DNA of 63,996 bases, the filler included, from Asterionella formosa (taxonomy: Eukaryota), in the NCBI GenBank assembly GCA_002256025.1. It is 18 parts of 18 records of this genome, joined end to end, with 100 filler letters (N's around TTAATTAATTAA, not from the genome) between each part and the next. Parts side by side here need not be neighbours in the genome. Positions count along the whole stretch, not along the records: positions 62,743 to 63,996 come from NKIB01003338.1; 17 more parts are not named here. One strand, written 5' to 3'. Positions 62,643 through 63,996 of this stretch are shown piece by piece (within the stretch, counting starts at the first letter, position 1; every line of letters starts with the position of its first letter). A program made the position numbers and the translations under genes. A model generated the notes under the pieces. The model worked only from the letters and a program-made list of their open reading frames with translations, ran no database searches and had not been told where the DNA came from.

Positions 62643-63255
62643 NNNNNNNNNNNNNNNNNNNNNNNNNNNNNNNNNNNNNNNNNNNNTTAATTAATTAANN
62701 NNNNNNNNNNNNNNNNNNNNNNNNNNNNNNNNNNNNNNNNNNGACATGTGCCGACAGGAATGTAACAGCAAATCAATTTCCTTCCATATGTACCAGTGAC
62801 GTAAGCAGCATGTACGAATGAATTAAGGACTATGTTTATTTAGGTTAAGCAAAATTTTGCTTAAAATAGGTTTGCTTAAAGTAGAGTCCATTTGCTGAAA
62901 CTAACATAGTTCCTTAAGTACTTTAACCTAAAATTACAATTTGTCAAAACCTGTTCTTCCCTAATTATCTTTTGTCCAATCGTCTTTATGCGGCTGGTGG
63001 GCGCAAACCATTAGAAGTTTCATGCCATGATGTCGTAACGACTGCTGAGTCAGGAAATTTTCGTCGGTTTTGGTAATTTTGCTGAAATGGACAATGTGAC
63101 GCACCACCAGAAGGGACGACGCTCAAAAATACTAAACAGAGAACGTCATCAACTCTCTCTTTGAATCGACAGTATCACGACTTGTTAGTGACGTAAATGA
63201 CTATTTCGTGTAAACGCGGAAACGTCAAAACGAGGCAAATGGCTGAAAAAAGAAA

Positions 63256-63996
63256 ATGCAACTAACCGGGGCATTAGAGGGGCGGCCCGAAGGAAACGTA
63301 AGCAAGGAGTTGTACGCGTTGTGTCAATGGCGTGTGACTGCTGTTACAGAGTACCTGTTGTGCTTCCCACAGCTCTTCCAGGATGGGAATGGTATGCTAT
63401 TCCCAGGTCCCAAGCAAGAGGAACGATTTGGGGCTATCCTACTTCGTGTGCTAGAAAAAAACAAAGATGAGCTACTTGAACTTGGCTATGAACCTAATGA
63501 CATAGCTAGGTGTACATTCCATTCGGAAAGGTGCAGGCACATATGCTTCTAGTGGTACAACTGCAGCTCCTTCAAGTGTTTCAGTCAATAACCGGGGTGG
63601 GTGGACTTTGGGAGGTGTACGTGATGTTTATATGCTGTATGAGCGTGCTGGTGACCAGTATGTAGGTCGAATTTTGAGTGGTATGAATGTACTATCTGCT
63701 AAGTTTGGCGCTTCTGCACCGGATTTCTTTTATCATGGTACTGTTGGTGTTCCCGAGGCAGTGGCTATTGTGAAAAAAAACAGATGGATTTGAATCATAA
63801 GGTTTCTACCATGTTGAAAGCATGTTTTGGAGAACTACAGGATTTTGTGTGCATCAGAAAGACACTACGGTTTGGAATAGCATCAATGCTTGACCATTTT
63901 GATGCTGCAAATGAATTCCACACCAATTCACCACTTGCAATGTCACCTATTTTCAGGAAACAAGAATTTATTGAATTGCGGGATTCTGTCAGAGTA
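63256..63996 (+). mobile_element. Crypton-type tyrosine recombinase pseudogene fragment
   Basis: LFPGPKQEERF...LELGYEPNDI, a +1 frameshift near 63505, then GVHSIRKGAGTYASSGTTAAPS...RGGWTLGGVRDVYMLYERAGDQYVGRILSG. A second shift near the A-run at 63773-63780 leads to LRFGIASMLDH...SPLAMSPIF. Confidence 0.8.

Noticed and set aside
20892..62742. Regularly spaced TTAATTAATTAA palindromes about every 1.38 kb, superficially like an array
   Set aside because: Each sits between two runs of 44 N, so these are artificial linkers between contigs of nearly equal length. Adjacency across them has no biological meaning.

Overview
Eukaryotic nuclear DNA, almost certainly from a diatom: short GT-AG introns, bipartite plastid presequences with an xAF motif, a DUF6824 gene and CoDi-type Copia fragments. 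The window is not contiguous. It concatenates 18 contigs joined by artificial 100-bp spacers (N44-TTAATTAATTAA-N44): two of about 20.9 kb (1-20891, 20992-41876) and sixteen of about 1.28 kb. The large contigs carry a plastid NTT transporter, a UBA-PUB-UBX protein, plastid LPAAT, DCC1, a GT10 fucosyltransferase, an ankyrin-like/LRR protein, a p24 protein, an intronless bacterial-type ppnP, PRP22/DHX8, NOM1/SGD1, a plastid YbaB/EbfC-like protein, an SGNH hydrolase, tRNA-Ser(UGA), PIG-Q and a decayed Mutator-like transposase. The small contigs hold a mitochondrial phosphate carrier, partial genes, Copia and Crypton-type fragments and satellites. The three most interesting signals are (1) a TA-flanked inverted-repeat element family whose ends could explain the abundant intergenic TACC(A/T)GGTA and TACCGGTA palindromes as accumulated excision footprints, (2) a probable horizontally acquired ppnP, and (3) a mitochondrial-type precursor ending in a bL37-like basic peptide. 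Family assignments are from motif recognition, not database searches.
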